DNA of 64,000 bases from Massalongia carnosa. Lineage: Eukaryota. The stretch lies in NCBI GenBank assembly GCA_965645245.1, contig OZ287071.1, forward strand, positions 1,054,001 to 1,118,000, written 5' to 3'. Position numbers and translations under genes: made by a program. How positions within the stretch are numbered: position 1 is the stretch's first letter; the number at the start of each line of letters is the position of its first letter. Below the pieces are notes generated by a model. That model saw only the letters and a list, made by a program, of their open reading frames with translations, searched no databases and was not told where the DNA came from. Positions 10,753 through 23,515 of the stretch are shown here, in pieces.

Positions 10753-11329
10753 CGGAATTACGGGCATCTCCACAGGCGCATGGCGATCTGTGTAATAAAG
10801 TTTACCTGCGTATCATAGACTCCACCCAAGCGTTCAAGTTCTCGAAGCGTGTGATTACGGTTTATAATTGTGTTTGCCTGAGCTAACTATATTAGATGTC
10901 TTTTGTGACCTACAGTGACGGTCTTACAGACCTTTTATTGCTTCCTATGCAAAAACTCCCAAATACCTTCGTCCAGTCTACCGAGGACGCTAGCGATAAA
11001 GTCTATGGCAGTACATCTTTCAGAATTTCTTTAAGGAGACGATAGGCAATAACAACCTCTCTACGCTGTCAGTCCTTAAATTTCCCAACTAGCAAACGCA
11101 GGAATTCAAGTTTTTTACTATATTGCGAGGCCCGCTGCTCTGCCCATTTTAGATTCTTATCACTCTGCATTTACAGTCCCGTTATTTTGTCTACTTAGTT
11201 GAAACCAATCCATATTTCATTACTTATATAAAAGCAACCGATTCCCCTTTGTTCATCTTCCTCAACGCACAATAGAGAAAGCCCTATATACAGGACGTGA
11301 CATCATTAAATACCCACATACCCATCACA

Positions 11330-12063
11330 TCACACATCCCGAAGCAACCCCTTCAACTCCTCCGCCTGCGCCGGCGTAACCAGATCCCGGAGCTGCTCCT
11401 CCAACAAAAAAGCATGGTCCTCGTATTCGAAGCCCGGTACAACCGTCTACAATTCCACACATCCCACGCAAAATCCATCAACAAACAATCATAAACATCC
11501 GCAAAGGAAAACAGGAGTGGACAGGAACACACAAAACTTACCTCGCTGATCAAAAGGCCCTCCTCTCCCTCTCCCTCCTCGTCCAGCAGAAAACTAGCTT
11601 TAAACTTACCCCCGTCCACGATCCACTGCACCTTCTCTCCCGCCAGTACGTTCTTTCCTACCACAAACGTCTCTATCCTTACCTTTTCGATTCTCTCCTT
11701 CTCCACCACTTCGCCGGCGTGAATGATCACATACCGTCCTCGGCCCCAGTGCAGCGTGTGCACCGTGCGCCCGCGATTTCGATGGAAGGCCCCTTGTGGT
11801 TTCGCAGGTGTGAGGAAGTATAGGATACTCGTGGAGGCGGCGCGGGTGGCGGTTGGTTGGGTGGTGGCAGGTTTGGTGGGTAAGGAGGTAAGAAAAGGGT
11901 TGGGGATACGGAGGGGATCACGGTCGGTTTCGACAAAGTAGCCGCCTTCAATGTGGGAGTTTAGGTGCAGAGCTGTGATGAGTTTTTGAGTGGTGGAGGA
12001 TTCGGGAGGATGTGGAGAGGAAGCATGCAGGTAGTCCGGAATGAGGAGGGGGGGGGCTGGCAT
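11330..12063 (-). CDS. DUF985/Cupin_5 cupin, YML079W (Cff1)-like (exons 12063-11542, 11446-11330)
   Basis: LNSHIEGGYFVETDR, STSILYFLT, FHRN..TVHTLHWGRGRY, QWIVDGGKFKAS, LISE|TVVPGFEYEDH motifs. Confidence 0.85.
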
Positions 12064-13621
12064 TGAAGGGAGGGGGGTGGGAGGTGTTGAGAGAAGTGGG
12101 ATGTGAGAAGATTGAATAGGTGGGTGTTTTGAGCACCAGGAAGGTCTGAGAAAAGATAGAAGATTATGGCCTTGCTAGAAAATGCCATCTGAGATAGGTA
12201 AGCAGTAGGATCATGCTTAATAAGCGTAATTGATAGGCAGTCCTATGGATGAATCCTGCCTGCTCAAGCGTTTTTTCCCTCAGCAAGACACCGCTCCAAC
12301 GGCGCAAGTCTACCCCATTCGCTAGCCCATATTCCCAGCTCCCGGAGTCCAGACCATTGAAACATCCTCTTAACGAAGCTTACGGTGATCTGGATGTTGT
12401 CTTGCGGTCCTATATCGCTCTGAACAAAGATACGGTTAATAACTATTTGCCTCACCCAATATGGCATCCGCCGGCTTTGATGCTCCGTAGCCCTTACTGT
12501 CTGGCAGTTCCAATGGAACTCGCTGGGAAGCCAAAGAGGCACTTTCAAAGGGCTTTAAGCTGGGTTTCTTTCTTCTATGATGGTATTGGTTCGTTATCTT
12601 GTGCTGAACATCTTTTACTCCGTAGAGCGCTAATCAAACATTGAAAGATTTCAAGGCGATTAAGTAGATTAGAGCTTCCATGGATAACACATGCCCTCAT
12701 AGGCTGGCCACTTTAGGTCGGATTGGTAGCAGAAAAACGTCTGATCTAGTGCCCCAAAACCCAGTTAAAACCCTGACGAATAGGTAGTCTCCCGTCATTC
12801 CTTCAGATCTGCCTCAAAAAAGGAGACGCTCTAAGATCCATAGCACGCAGCGTGCGAGTTGTGCAATCCTACTAGAATTATCTAGATTTCCCCTATTTAT
12901 TTTATGGTATTCTCCGGTAAGATGATGAGCCTGTAGCAAGTTTATCTTCCTCAAGTCCCGAAAGCATGAGTGCAAAGAGGCAGGAGAAACTCTGTCTCGC
13001 AACGGTTATCAGTGTTGTATATGTATGTGCCTTTCCACGGTTGTTTCGGTAAGCTGCAAAGTAGCTCTCAACAAGCAGACGGTAAGCAAACAAGCGCCAT
13101 GCAGTCGTAATCTTGATAGAGAGTATGCCTTCTACAAAAGCAATCTTTAGTCATGGCTAGGAGAGAATGGGGAGAAAGTCTTGCGATACTCAGGAGACGG
13201 AGTTCGCAGAATTCATTTCTCGGCAACTTCGACAACGAAAAATTCCTTCATCATCCATTTCGTTTCATCTCATTTATAGATTTTGTAGGAACAAGCTAAT
13301 CGCTAGAGACAGCGCTTTGCTACAGCTTAAATTTTGAGTATACGAGTCTATTGAGATATTCCAGCATTTGCTACGATATAGGTAGGATTCGATCTTGCGA
13401 TCGAAAGCATGGCTTCACCCTCCCAAGCTCCAATTAGGTTATCCAGCTGTCTTCATTAGTTAGGTCTACAAGAGAAAGCGTGGAGAGACACAAGCATGGA
13501 AGAAGCAGTCTGACCACTGTAGGGATGAATCTTCGTTAAGGATATGATACGCATACCGGTGACAGAATCACTTCGTGGACGTTGATATTTAGCCGTGGGG
13601 TATATTCTATGCCAGCCAATC

Positions 13622-15170
13622 CTAGCCTTCCACATTTATCTCTACATTCTTCTCTTCGGATGGGATTATCTTGTCTTCCTTCCCCCCCTTCAAGCTCGGG
13701 AGCTCTTTCATAGCGCTGTCAATAATACTCAACGCTTGTTGGATTTCCTTTTCGGTGATAACAAGCGGAGGGGCAAGGCGGATGATGTTTTGGTGGGTCG
13801 GTTTGGCCTTGGAAATTTATCAGCACCGTGGTAACTCTTCGGAAAGGCAAGCTTTCTATGCTCTGCTCACCAACAAACCCTTTTCCATCATCAACATGCA
13901 CAGATCCCATGCACTGTGGTTTCCTGTCTTGGACTCATCGATGACAATAGCGTTCAAGAGCCCTTTTCCGCGAATGGTGGTTATCATTGGACTATTCAGA
14001 TTTTGCAGACCTTGACGAAATATTTTGCCCAGATGCTCGGCACGCTCTACCATGTTTTCGTCTCGGACGATTTCCAGCGCTCTGATGGCTACGGCGCAAC
14101 CGAGTGGATTTCCACCGTACGTCGAGCCATGCGTGCCAGGTTCGATTGTGAGCATGATCTCTTTAGATCCAAGCACGCACGACACTGGATACATGCCGCC
14201 TGAGATGGCCTTACCCAAAAGAACCAGGTCAGGTTTGATACCGCTCCATTCATGACATAGTAGTTTACCTGTCCTTGCAATACCTGTCTGTATTTCATCA
14301 CAGATCAAGAGAACCCTATGTTTATCACAGAGTGCTCGAGCCTCTTTAAGGTAGTCCTCGTGCGGTACCACAATTCCAGCCTCCCCTTGAATGGGTTCTA
14401 CTAAAAATGCAGCGGTCTTATTCCCATGTGCCTCTAGTGCATAGCGAAGTGAATTAATATCGTTATAATGCAACAGTTGCTTTGTCTTTGGACACGATGA
14501 ACCAATATTAGGTAAATATGGGCCATAGTTGTCTCGAGAGTCAGGATCCGTGGACATTGAAATTGCTGCAAACTGGCTTCTGTCAAATTGATAATATCTC
14601 CTGGTCGTTATTCTTACATACTGTTCTGCCATGAAAATTTTCAGTTACGCTCAGGACCAGCGCTTCGTTCGCTGGTATTCCTTTCACTTTGTAGCCCCAT
14701 TTCCTCGCAATCTTCACCGCTGTTTCGACCGCCTCGGCCCCAGTGTTCATTGGTAACACCATATCGAAGCCAAAAAACGAGGTGACGAACTCTGCAAATC
14801 GAGGAAACACATCATTATAAAAGGCTCTTGAACTCAGAGTCAGCCGCGAGGCCTGTTCCGTCAAGGCTTTGACTAGCTCGGGATGGCAGTGGCCCTGATT
14901 CACCGCGCTGTATGCGGACAAGAAATCCAGATAATGCTTATCCTCGGGATCCCAGACCGAGGTCCCGGAAGCTCGAGCGAAGACTATAGGGAGCGGGTGA
15001 TAGTTGTGGGCGGCGAAGTCATGTTCGGCGTGGATTGCTTCTGCCGTGGAAGCAGAATGGTATCGGGATGGGTCTGGGGTGCCTGTAGAATGGAATTCGG
15101 ATGCCGTTGCCTTCAAGGCTATTCTCCCAATGCTACTTGCAGGGCCGTTTGGCGTTGCGATGGGTGCCAT
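13622..15170 (-). CDS. CAR2: Ornithine aminotransferase (exons 15170-14622, 14572-13871, 13807-13622)
   Basis: [59 protein letters not shown] (PLP Lys), [25 protein letters not shown]. Confidence 0.96.
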
Positions 15171-15778
15171 GTTGGACTTTGCAGTGTAAATATAGGCAAG
15201 GCTTATGGCAAAGGAAATTTAGATGGTCCAATACTTCTTTCTTTGTATCAACCATCAGCTTATAAGGAGGCTTTAAATCAACATTCCCGAGTTCACAAAA
15301 TCACATGCAGTTAAGCGGAGGAATTTTCCTTGACGTATAAGAACTACTCGTCGAAGGCTGACCCAAATCCGAATGCTAGGCCCCTAAGTGCAGTTGTATC
15401 CTCTCCGGTCATAGTTATAGCTGATCACAAGCAAACTTTAGTTCTGCCCGGCACCCCATAAGGTTTTCCACCAATCAGCGCTGCTCTAAGTATGCCGGCC
15501 TCGTGTGTACCTGCTTTTAGGGGTTGCCAACAGATAATGGATTGGTCTTCTTCGTCACGGTCACATATCGGCTGCTTTGCTGGATGCGGGGACTTGGGCT
15601 TTGGGGCTATTGATTGGTCTTGCAACTTTTTGAGGCGGTTCATTCGTACATATGTAGTTAGTTACCCGGCACTTAGTTAATTTTCGCCATGAACTTCTGT
15701 ACTCGAATCCAAACAATATCAACTGGACTGACAAATAGTAAACCATACCTGTACGCAGCCTCCCATCAGCCCAAACTA

Positions 15779-18145
15779 ATGCCTCGCAAACCCCTCCACA
15801 AGAGCGCCTTCGAACGCGCCAGAGAAGCCATCACATCCCGAGATATACTCCTCTTTTTAATCGCCTTCCGCATCCTCAACGCTCTGAGCATCAAGACCTT
15901 TTTTCAGCCCGATGAGTATTTTCAGTCACTGGAGCCGGCGTGGGAAATGGCCTTTGGAGTGGACAGCGGGGCATGGATTACTTGGGTGAGCGCTTCACCT
16001 CTCCCCTTTCCCCTCCCAAACTTGCTGTACTGGAGGGACAAAAACATGCAGATCACTTGGTTAACATATCGATCCTCAGGAGTGGAAGAACCAGCTTCGA
16101 TCCTCGATTCATCCTGCACTCTTCGCTAGCGTCTACCGGCTATCGTCATTCCTCTCCTATATATTGAAGCTTTCCCCCGACTCTCGGGCGGAGCTCCTGA
16201 TCGCCGCGCCCAAACTTCTGCAGGCGGTGTTTGCGGCCGTGGGGGATTATTGTACGTGGAAGCTAGGGGAAAGAATTTATGGGAAGGGAAGCAACCAGGC
16301 GTGGGCAGCTGTATGTAGTGTTCATAGAATTTGTTTTCAGGTTGAAGCAAAACAGCTTCTGCAGCCGATTCTCGTTGTGTGCTTTTCCTGTGCTTCGCTG
16401 ATGTTTCCCGTCTGCTTTCTGAGTCCTGTTAGCTCGTCTTAACCATCTGCAGTCCTTGGCAATGGTTTTGTTCCACCCGGACCCTATCTAATTGCCTAGA
16501 AACAACATTAACGATCGCGGCGCTGAGCCTATGGCCATGGCAATGGTCTTCGAACGGAGTAGACCACCGCAGTGGGGAAAAGGCCGGCTTCCAGAATGAA
16601 GCAGCTGAAAGCTTTGCAAAGGAGCTTGCGAAGTAAGTGGTTTGCGCTATTACAAAGGATGGAGATCTCGAAACCTGTTAACAACGATTTAAAGACTCCG
16701 TTGCTGTCTCCTTCTCGCCGCGCTGGCTTGCGTGCTACGGCCGACGAACATCTTGGTCTGGATCTGCATAGCTTTGTTCACGTTATTTGGCACCCCCAGT
16801 CTCAGCACTCGAGCGCCATTCCGCGAGGCGAATCCCTCGTCCTGGCCGATCACAGCACTATCCCCTCCCTCAACCCAAGCGCGGAAAATCCTCCTTTTCC
16901 GAGAAGCAGTTATATGCGGGTAAAAGCCAAGTAAATATCCATGAGTGCAGGAGCATTGCTAAAATCATTACATCCCTTAGCTCCATAATCCTCATCGTAT
17001 CAGCCCTCAGCGACCGACTCTACTACCACACCTGGACATTCCCCCCCGTCCGCTTCCTACACTACAACCTCGCGCAATCCCTCGCGGTGCTCTACGGCAC
17101 CAGCCCCTGGCACTACTATCTCGTGCAAGGCTATCCTCTCCTGCTCACCACGGCCCTCCCCTTCGCCGTCGCAGGCCTCTATCAATCTCTCTCCATTTCC
17201 CAGCCTCACGCCCGCGGCTCATCCATCACAAAGGCCCAGCTCGCGCTCACCACCCTCCTAGTCCCGCTCCCCCTCTCTCTAATCTCCCACAAAGAAGTCC
17301 GCTTCATCTATCCCCTCCTCCCCTCCATGCACATCCTCGCCGCATCCCCGCTCTCAACCTTCTTTCTCCCTCGCATTTCCCAAAGCCGAAAACGCCTCTC
17401 CCTCCTCTCCGCATTCCTCCTAGCAGCCAACATCCTCCTCGCCCTCCTCGCCACAACCGCCCACCAACCCGCACCCCTCTCCGTCCTCGCCTTCCTCCGC
17501 TCCCAGCATCCCTCCCGCCCCGCGTCCCTAGCCTTCCCGTCCTTAGAACCAACAATGACGACGACAATAACAGTAGGCTTCCTTATGCCCTGCCACTCCA
17601 CGCCCTGGCGCTCGCATCTCGTCCACGCTGATATCCGCGCTTGGGCTCTGACGTGCGAACCACCGCTCCACATCCCCCCAGGCCCTCAACGGGCCGCGTA
17701 CCGCGACGAGGCCGACCGGTTCTACGCGGACCCTATCGCCTTCCTAGCCGAGACTATGGAAGATCCTCCTCCTTTTCTCTCGCTTCGTCCCCATTCGTCT
17801 TTCCAGACGATAGCCACAGCAGCCGCCGTATCATCTAGACCCGAAGCCGAAGAAGCCGAAGCCTCACCCTCCCAGAACTGGGTTCCGGAAACCAACAACG
17901 CGCCACGAAGCGAACGGCCCCCGACAAAGGAGACGACGATGAAGAAGAAGCCATGGCCGCAACACCTGGTATTTTTCGGCCAGCTGGAGCCAGTGCTGCG
18001 GGCGGTGCTAGAGGGGAATGGGACGACGACGGCGACGGGGACGGGGACCGGAGCCTATAGGGAGTGTTGGCGCGGGTGGAATGGGTGGGGGAACGAGGAT
18101 TGGAGGAGGAGGGGGGGGGTGGTGGTTTGGTGTTTGAGTAGGTGA
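15779..18145 (+). CDS. GPI10: GPI mannosyltransferase 3 (PIG-B), about 5 exons
   Basis: [110 protein letters not shown]. Confidence 0.93.
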
Positions 18146-18494
18146 GGGGTAAGGTGAAATGCAGTGGGGCTAGGGTGAGGTGGGGAAAGAGCGGGGAGGT
18201 GGAAGATAGACAGACAGATGGATATGGGATTAGGTCAGGCGAATGGGGAAGGGGGAGAATACATAGATAGAAGAGAGGTGATCGATCGATCCCTGGCTGC
18301 CTTCGAGGAGCAGGGAAGGGCTAGCTAGCTGGGTTGGATGGATGCATGCAAAGACTCCTAGAATAGGAGGATGGAGGAAGGAAGGAGAAGCAAAATTCCC
18401 GTTTCCCCACCATCCTTTTCCGAACCCAGCAAACCCCCTCCCCAAAACCCGAACACAACTTTCCCTGCCTGACCCTCTTCTATTAATTAACCTA

Positions 18495-21156
18495 TCAGAA
18501 ATCGCCTCCCTTCTCCTTCCCATTCCCCTCCCCCTCCATAACCGGCACGACCTGATCCCCGACCCCGATCCGTGCGGCCTCGCCCACCACAAGACCCGTA
18601 TGTACGCCGAAAAACACCTTCCCGCCTACACGTCTCGTTTTCGCCAGCGTGGCGAAAGGCTCCTCGCCGCGCTCGCCTGTGCGCTGGTTCACGCAGACCA
18701 TGTGGCAGCGGCGACATGCGCCCAGGAGCTCGAATGTGGCGGATTCGCGAGGCCTTTGGGGCTCAGGCTCTGGACTGTTGTGGGGGGGGCGGTGATCATC
18801 AATATTCCTGGTGGTGGTGCTGGTGCGAGGGATGAGGCGCATGTAGCGCCAAGTGTCCTCAACGTAGGGCTGCTCCATACCGGGTGGGGAGGAGGGTTCT
18901 TCGACCAGAATGAGGTTGGCGCGGAAGGCTGAGGCGGGGACGGCTTTGCCGGTTGCAGTCCCTTTGATATGTTCGTTCAGCCGGTTGAGGCTGGAGCGGG
19001 AGATGGTGAGGATGGGGCTTTCATTGGAGAGGAGGATCGGTCTTGGCGGAATTGGAAAGGCGCTGGGGGCAGAGGGGGAAAGTGGGAACGCGCCGGGCAT
19101 GTTGTGGCCTCTCGGTGATGAGAACCTGGTTTGATGGGGTTGAAGATGGGCTTTTGAATGTCGAGTGAGCCGCCCCGTGGCGTCAACGGAAAACCTGGCA
19201 AGCGTGCAGGGGGCCCCAACGATAGTGGTGAAGAACGTGACGAGCTCGTTGGATACGTAGATGTCTGCTCTCATGGGATCATCACATACCCGTGAGGTGG
19301 GTCGATCTTCTTGATCTATGAATTGTGCAGGATCGATAGACAAGGGGACGCTGACTTCCGCGGGAATGGAAAGGGGGCCTGGGCCGCTGTATCGGACGCG
19401 TAAAAGCCCATTTTCCAGGTCGATCCAGGGTTTCAGCAATGCCATTTTGGGATATCGTTTCTGGCTCAGAGCCACATGCGTGCCTTGGTGGATCAGGCAC
19501 CATTCCCTATCCCAAGCCAGCCCCTCGGCTCGGACATCCCATAGCATATTCGGTGGTATTGACCAACCCCCACAACTCTTGATCGGGTATATAGCTAGCT
19601 TCTCTATATAGAATTTCGCATGCACGCCAGCAGCTTTTGTTGCCTGATTAGAACCCTCTTCATCATCGATAAAGAATTCCTCGACAAACTGCAAAAAGGT
19701 TGTGACGTCTTGTAAAGTGCTCATGGCACCGAGGCTAAGCCTGATAACACCAGTTGGCTTCCCTCCCATGATATCGTTGTCATTTCCACACCTTTGGCCA
19801 GAGGAGAAATTCCTTTTCATTTCCCATGGTGCTAACTCAAGAAGACTGGCGATCCCACCAGGATTACACAGGCCACCAGTCCTGATTTGGATATTCTTTA
19901 TGAGTGCAAGCTTTTCAATTTCAGAATTGCTGATCCATTCTCCTTTGCTGTTTTGGAGGGAAAGGGCAACTATTGGTCCTTGGGTTGCGGGATCATCATA
20001 CGTAGATGAAGCATCTGCATATATTTTGCAGACCTTTCGGTCATTTTTATGATGTAGGGAAGAAAGCCTTGCATTAAGTTGCTTAGCAAGTAAAGATGTG
20101 TGACACGATACACGTTCAATAGATCCATATAGTCGTTTATGAACATCAAAAGCAGCGCCAAGGGCAACAATGCTATGAATTGGTAGCGTACCATCCTCGA
20201 GCTGCTCGTGCAGACTGTTTTGTTTCTTAATATGCCACTGCTCCTTTGAACAAGTCACCATCTCCACAGTCCCCCCACCAAAATACCTACGGCGCTGTAG
20301 AGGTCGAGCGGTAGCTTTCCGGATAATGATCGCCCCTAGATCAGGGAAGCCAAAAATCTTATAGAAACTCAATACCGTATAGTCAGGCGCCAGAGAGATG
20401 TTGCTAAGGTCAAGCAGAGACGTAGATACAAAAGAGGCTGCATCCAGAAGTGTGTACATGTTTTGGTGTTTAGCATGAATTGAGGAACGAATGCGGCTGA
20501 CCCAAGAAAGTGGTAGTCGCCGTCCGTTCAGGTTTGACTGTGCAGGATATGCAAAAAGCCCAAGACCAGCATCCCTCGTTTGAGAATTTGCAACACCGGA
20601 ACCTCGAATCCATTCTTCCACCTCCAAATCGGATGCAAAGCAATGATGCCCTGATGCGGCTACTTCACGAACGCCCACCACGCTCGTATGCGCATCCTTG
20701 TGGTATCCATACCAGAATCCATTCTCATGATCCCGAAAAGCTTCCATGATTAACTTAATGCCTGCGGTAGCGTTTGCCACGAATACCAGGTCAAAGTCAT
20801 CAGGGCTGGCGTTGAAGAACTGTAACGCCCTTAAGCGGATATCTTCGACCAAGCGCGTTGAGAGTTGAGAGGCTGTGGAAGTTGAGTGTGTATTACCTAG
20901 AAGATTTGACATCATCTGTTGAGAAAAATCGTCGATAAGAGATTTGGGATATAACGTTGTACCTGCGTGATCAAGATAGGTTGTGCCTATAAAACCAAAC
21001 TCAGCGAATTGAATACAATTTTAGGGGAGAAGCACCAGTATTATTACCTTGAAGCATAGGGAACTCCCTCTCCCTCATGGATTCGAGTTCTTCCCCATAG
21101 ATCCTGCCGTCTGCTGTAATCGACTGTGGCCTTGCCACCGCGCTTGAACCATTCAT
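18495..21156 (-). CDS. hxB: Molybdenum cofactor sulfurase (NifS-like + MOSC domains); one intron at about 20988-21047
   Basis: REFPMLQ|GTTYLDHAGTTLY, SFYKIFGFPDLG (PLP Lys), RTGGLCNPGG, YPIKSC, WDREWCL, FRANL, CRRCHMVC. Confidence 0.95.
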
Positions 21157-21723
21157 GGTGGCCGCCGCAGGCAGCTATCTCTTACGTCCAAGAGCGGACG
21201 GTACGAGCAATACATTAGATGACTTGTGGCAAGAAAAGGAGTCGAAGGTTGTTTGCCTTTGAGTATCGGAGAAGGCCGATCGTGAAGTCCCGTCTGACAC
21301 TCTCGCTTCAACATCCACGAACGCTCGTTTCTGACCATCATGCCCTCTGGATCCAGCTACTTCTACTCCTCTTTCCCTTCCAGGTATTTTTAGATACAAT
21401 CCACGTCAATTAGCTACGTAGTCTTATTCTAGTATAACATCGCTCCGAGGCTAGTCAGGGGTAACCAGGGCAGAACCTTGAAAGGGCCTCTTTCGATAAA
21501 AGGGGTGGTGGGTTCACTTCAATTACTTCTGCTCCGGCTTACTAGAAATCGTGGGCCAACAAGCAGCTTGATGTTCAGGCATTTAAAATCTCTATCATGA
21601 ACCGTTGCGCCTGACTTGATTTTGTGCAACAGGCCGGTTGAAATACTTTGAATTTTCTCCTATCAACCCTCACCCTTTAACACTTATAAAACTATGTGGG
21701 AAAAGCCTTCGTTACTTCTAAAG

Positions 21724-23062
21724 TCATGTACGCAGCTTGAAATTCTCCCACCGTTCTTGTCTCGTGCGAATCACTCCAGCGGCACTCGAAGTTTGGCGTG
21801 GCTTTTGCCCCTGGGATTCACCCCCTTTCTTTGTTCTGGATAAAGCGCTATCAATTGTCTGTTGAAGGAATGTCTCGTACGGCAAACCATTGTCTCTAGC
21901 GATCAAGGCCAGATCCGACCAATCTGGAACGATCCCTGCGATGGGGTTGACCTAGTGAATGAATGTTTGCATTGAGCTCCTAAACAAGTATTCCAAGGAA
22001 CAATATTTTGGTGTTTGTGAAGCAATAAAAGTCGAAGAAAGCTAAACTCTTACCTCCATCACATGTGGCATAGCTCCCACTCCCATTTAATCAAATCTAG
22101 TATCAATTCGTCCAGCTGATTGACTTTGCAACCGATAAGATAAAATCCCTCCCTATGAATAACATCCTTATATGGACACGGTGCCCGCCGATTTATCAGA
22201 GAGCAGCATCCAAAGCGTATGCGATCTAGCATTGGCCGCATGGAAACTGCTCGGTTGCCGCGACGCTCGGGAACCGCATCCTGCTCTGACGGCGGCAGCT
22301 TTCTATAAACATATTCATTAGCACCAAGTACTCGAGCGTCCTCGCCAGTGCCGAGGATGCCGACAGTGATTTCGCGCCCCGAGAGAAAAGTCTCCAGCAG
22401 GATATCTTGCCCCTGGTAAAGCGTCCCTAGTTCATCAATGGCATTTTTCAGGTATTCGGACCTCTTGATCTTGCTGGACAATAGAACGCCCTTAGATGTT
22501 GCTTCAGCAACTGGCTCTGCAAACAATAAATATTTGGCGAGAGCTTTCTAAGGCACGTTATATCCTATCTGGGTTTTCTAAAGCAACACCAGCCTTGGGA
22601 TCATTCGGAACAATGGCGAAAGGCGCGGTCTGGATGCCAAAGTGTTCCGAGAATATCTATCATTCGTGACACATGTCAGGTTGTCACAGCAGAAGAATCA
22701 TCAAGGAGAGTCGATACATCTCGACCTTTGTCTTCCCCTTATCCGTGCACAAGGCAGTTGTCGCGGCATCTGCAAAGGTGTACGGTATCTCATAGGCTTC
22801 TCTACCCACGCCATGCACTCCTCAGCATTATTGAACACCACATCCCATTTCACATATTCTCCGCTCGCCAGATGCTTGACGAGGCTTTTCACTCCATCAA
22901 TTGGAATGACTGTGTGGCCTCCCGCTCTTAGACCGGCATGTATGCCCTCGATGGCGACTCTATCGCTCGAGTCGATACGTGTGTCGTCTTCGGGTAGCCC
23001 AGTGCCAACCAGGGAGCCTCGAGGTCGTACACGAACGCAATTGAAAGAGGGTGTGAAGGCAT
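21724..23062 (-). pseudogene. D-alanine--D-alanine ligase-like ATP-grasp pseudogene with frameshifts, a stop codon and an internal inversion
   Basis: MPSHPLSIAFVYDLE..LALGY, WDVVFNNAE, PYTFADAA..DKGKTK|, FAEPVAEATSKGV, LLETFLSGREITVGILG, LGCRDA (on + strand) GRIDTRFD*, ME|VNPIAG..WSDL. Two GT-AG introns remain. Confidence 0.85.
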
Positions 23063-23460
23063 ATGGCCTAGTGACAACGGCTCAGAAAAAGGTTGTACGA
23101 CTACGGACAGTTCAGCGCTGCTTCCTCAACATCTCTAGGATGAGATGCAGGAAAAATCGACATGTGTCCGAATACATTTCGATGGACGACAAATGGCGTC
23201 CATCCCGGCCATGCGCACCCTTGAGTCCATCAAACCAATCCTTCAAAACTTTTGGTAAGCGCATTGGGACCACGAAAGTATGCATTCGCCATGCAGCCAA
23301 AGGAACCCAACATCACACCCCACCCCGGTCGTATCAGTCAAATCTAACAGCTTTTACCTTCTACTCGAAGTAAAAGTGGAACCCAGAACAGAAATGCGCC
23401 AAAACTCAATTCACATGTTGAAACTGCCCTGGACTCCGAGCGCGAAGTAGTGCTGCACTT

Positions 23461-23515
23461 CGGAGTGCAAGCGATGTGTGCATAACGGAGTGCAAGCGAT
23501 GTGTGCATAACGGAG
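23461..23515. repeat. 25-bp tandem duplication (CGGAGTGCAAGCGATGTGTGCATAA x2.2)
   Basis: Two exact adjacent copies plus a partial CGGAG. Confidence 0.85.

Noticed and set aside
12200..13600. Short ORFs between the cupin and OAT genes (e.g. 12249-12644), possible gene relic
   Set aside because: No recognisable motifs or consistent exon chain on either strand. A translated search would be needed.
20886..20900. hxB GNTHS in place of the usual GNPHS as a sign of inactivation
   Set aside because: A single substitution, while the PLP Lys, catalytic Cys and MOSC Cys motifs and the full frame are intact.
21724..23062. Ddl-like gene as part of a mycosporine (MysD-type) or other biosynthetic cluster
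   Set aside because: No sugar-phosphate cyclase, O-methyltransferase, NRPS or PKS nearby. The neighbours are hxB and pro1.
22642..23373. 243-aa plus-strand ORF
   Set aside because: Antisense shadow of the Ddl-like pseudogene, with a non-ATG start and no motifs.
23461..23515. Direct repeat considered as CRISPR-like
   Set aside because: Two adjacent copies with no spacers in a eukaryotic context, so a simple tandem duplication.
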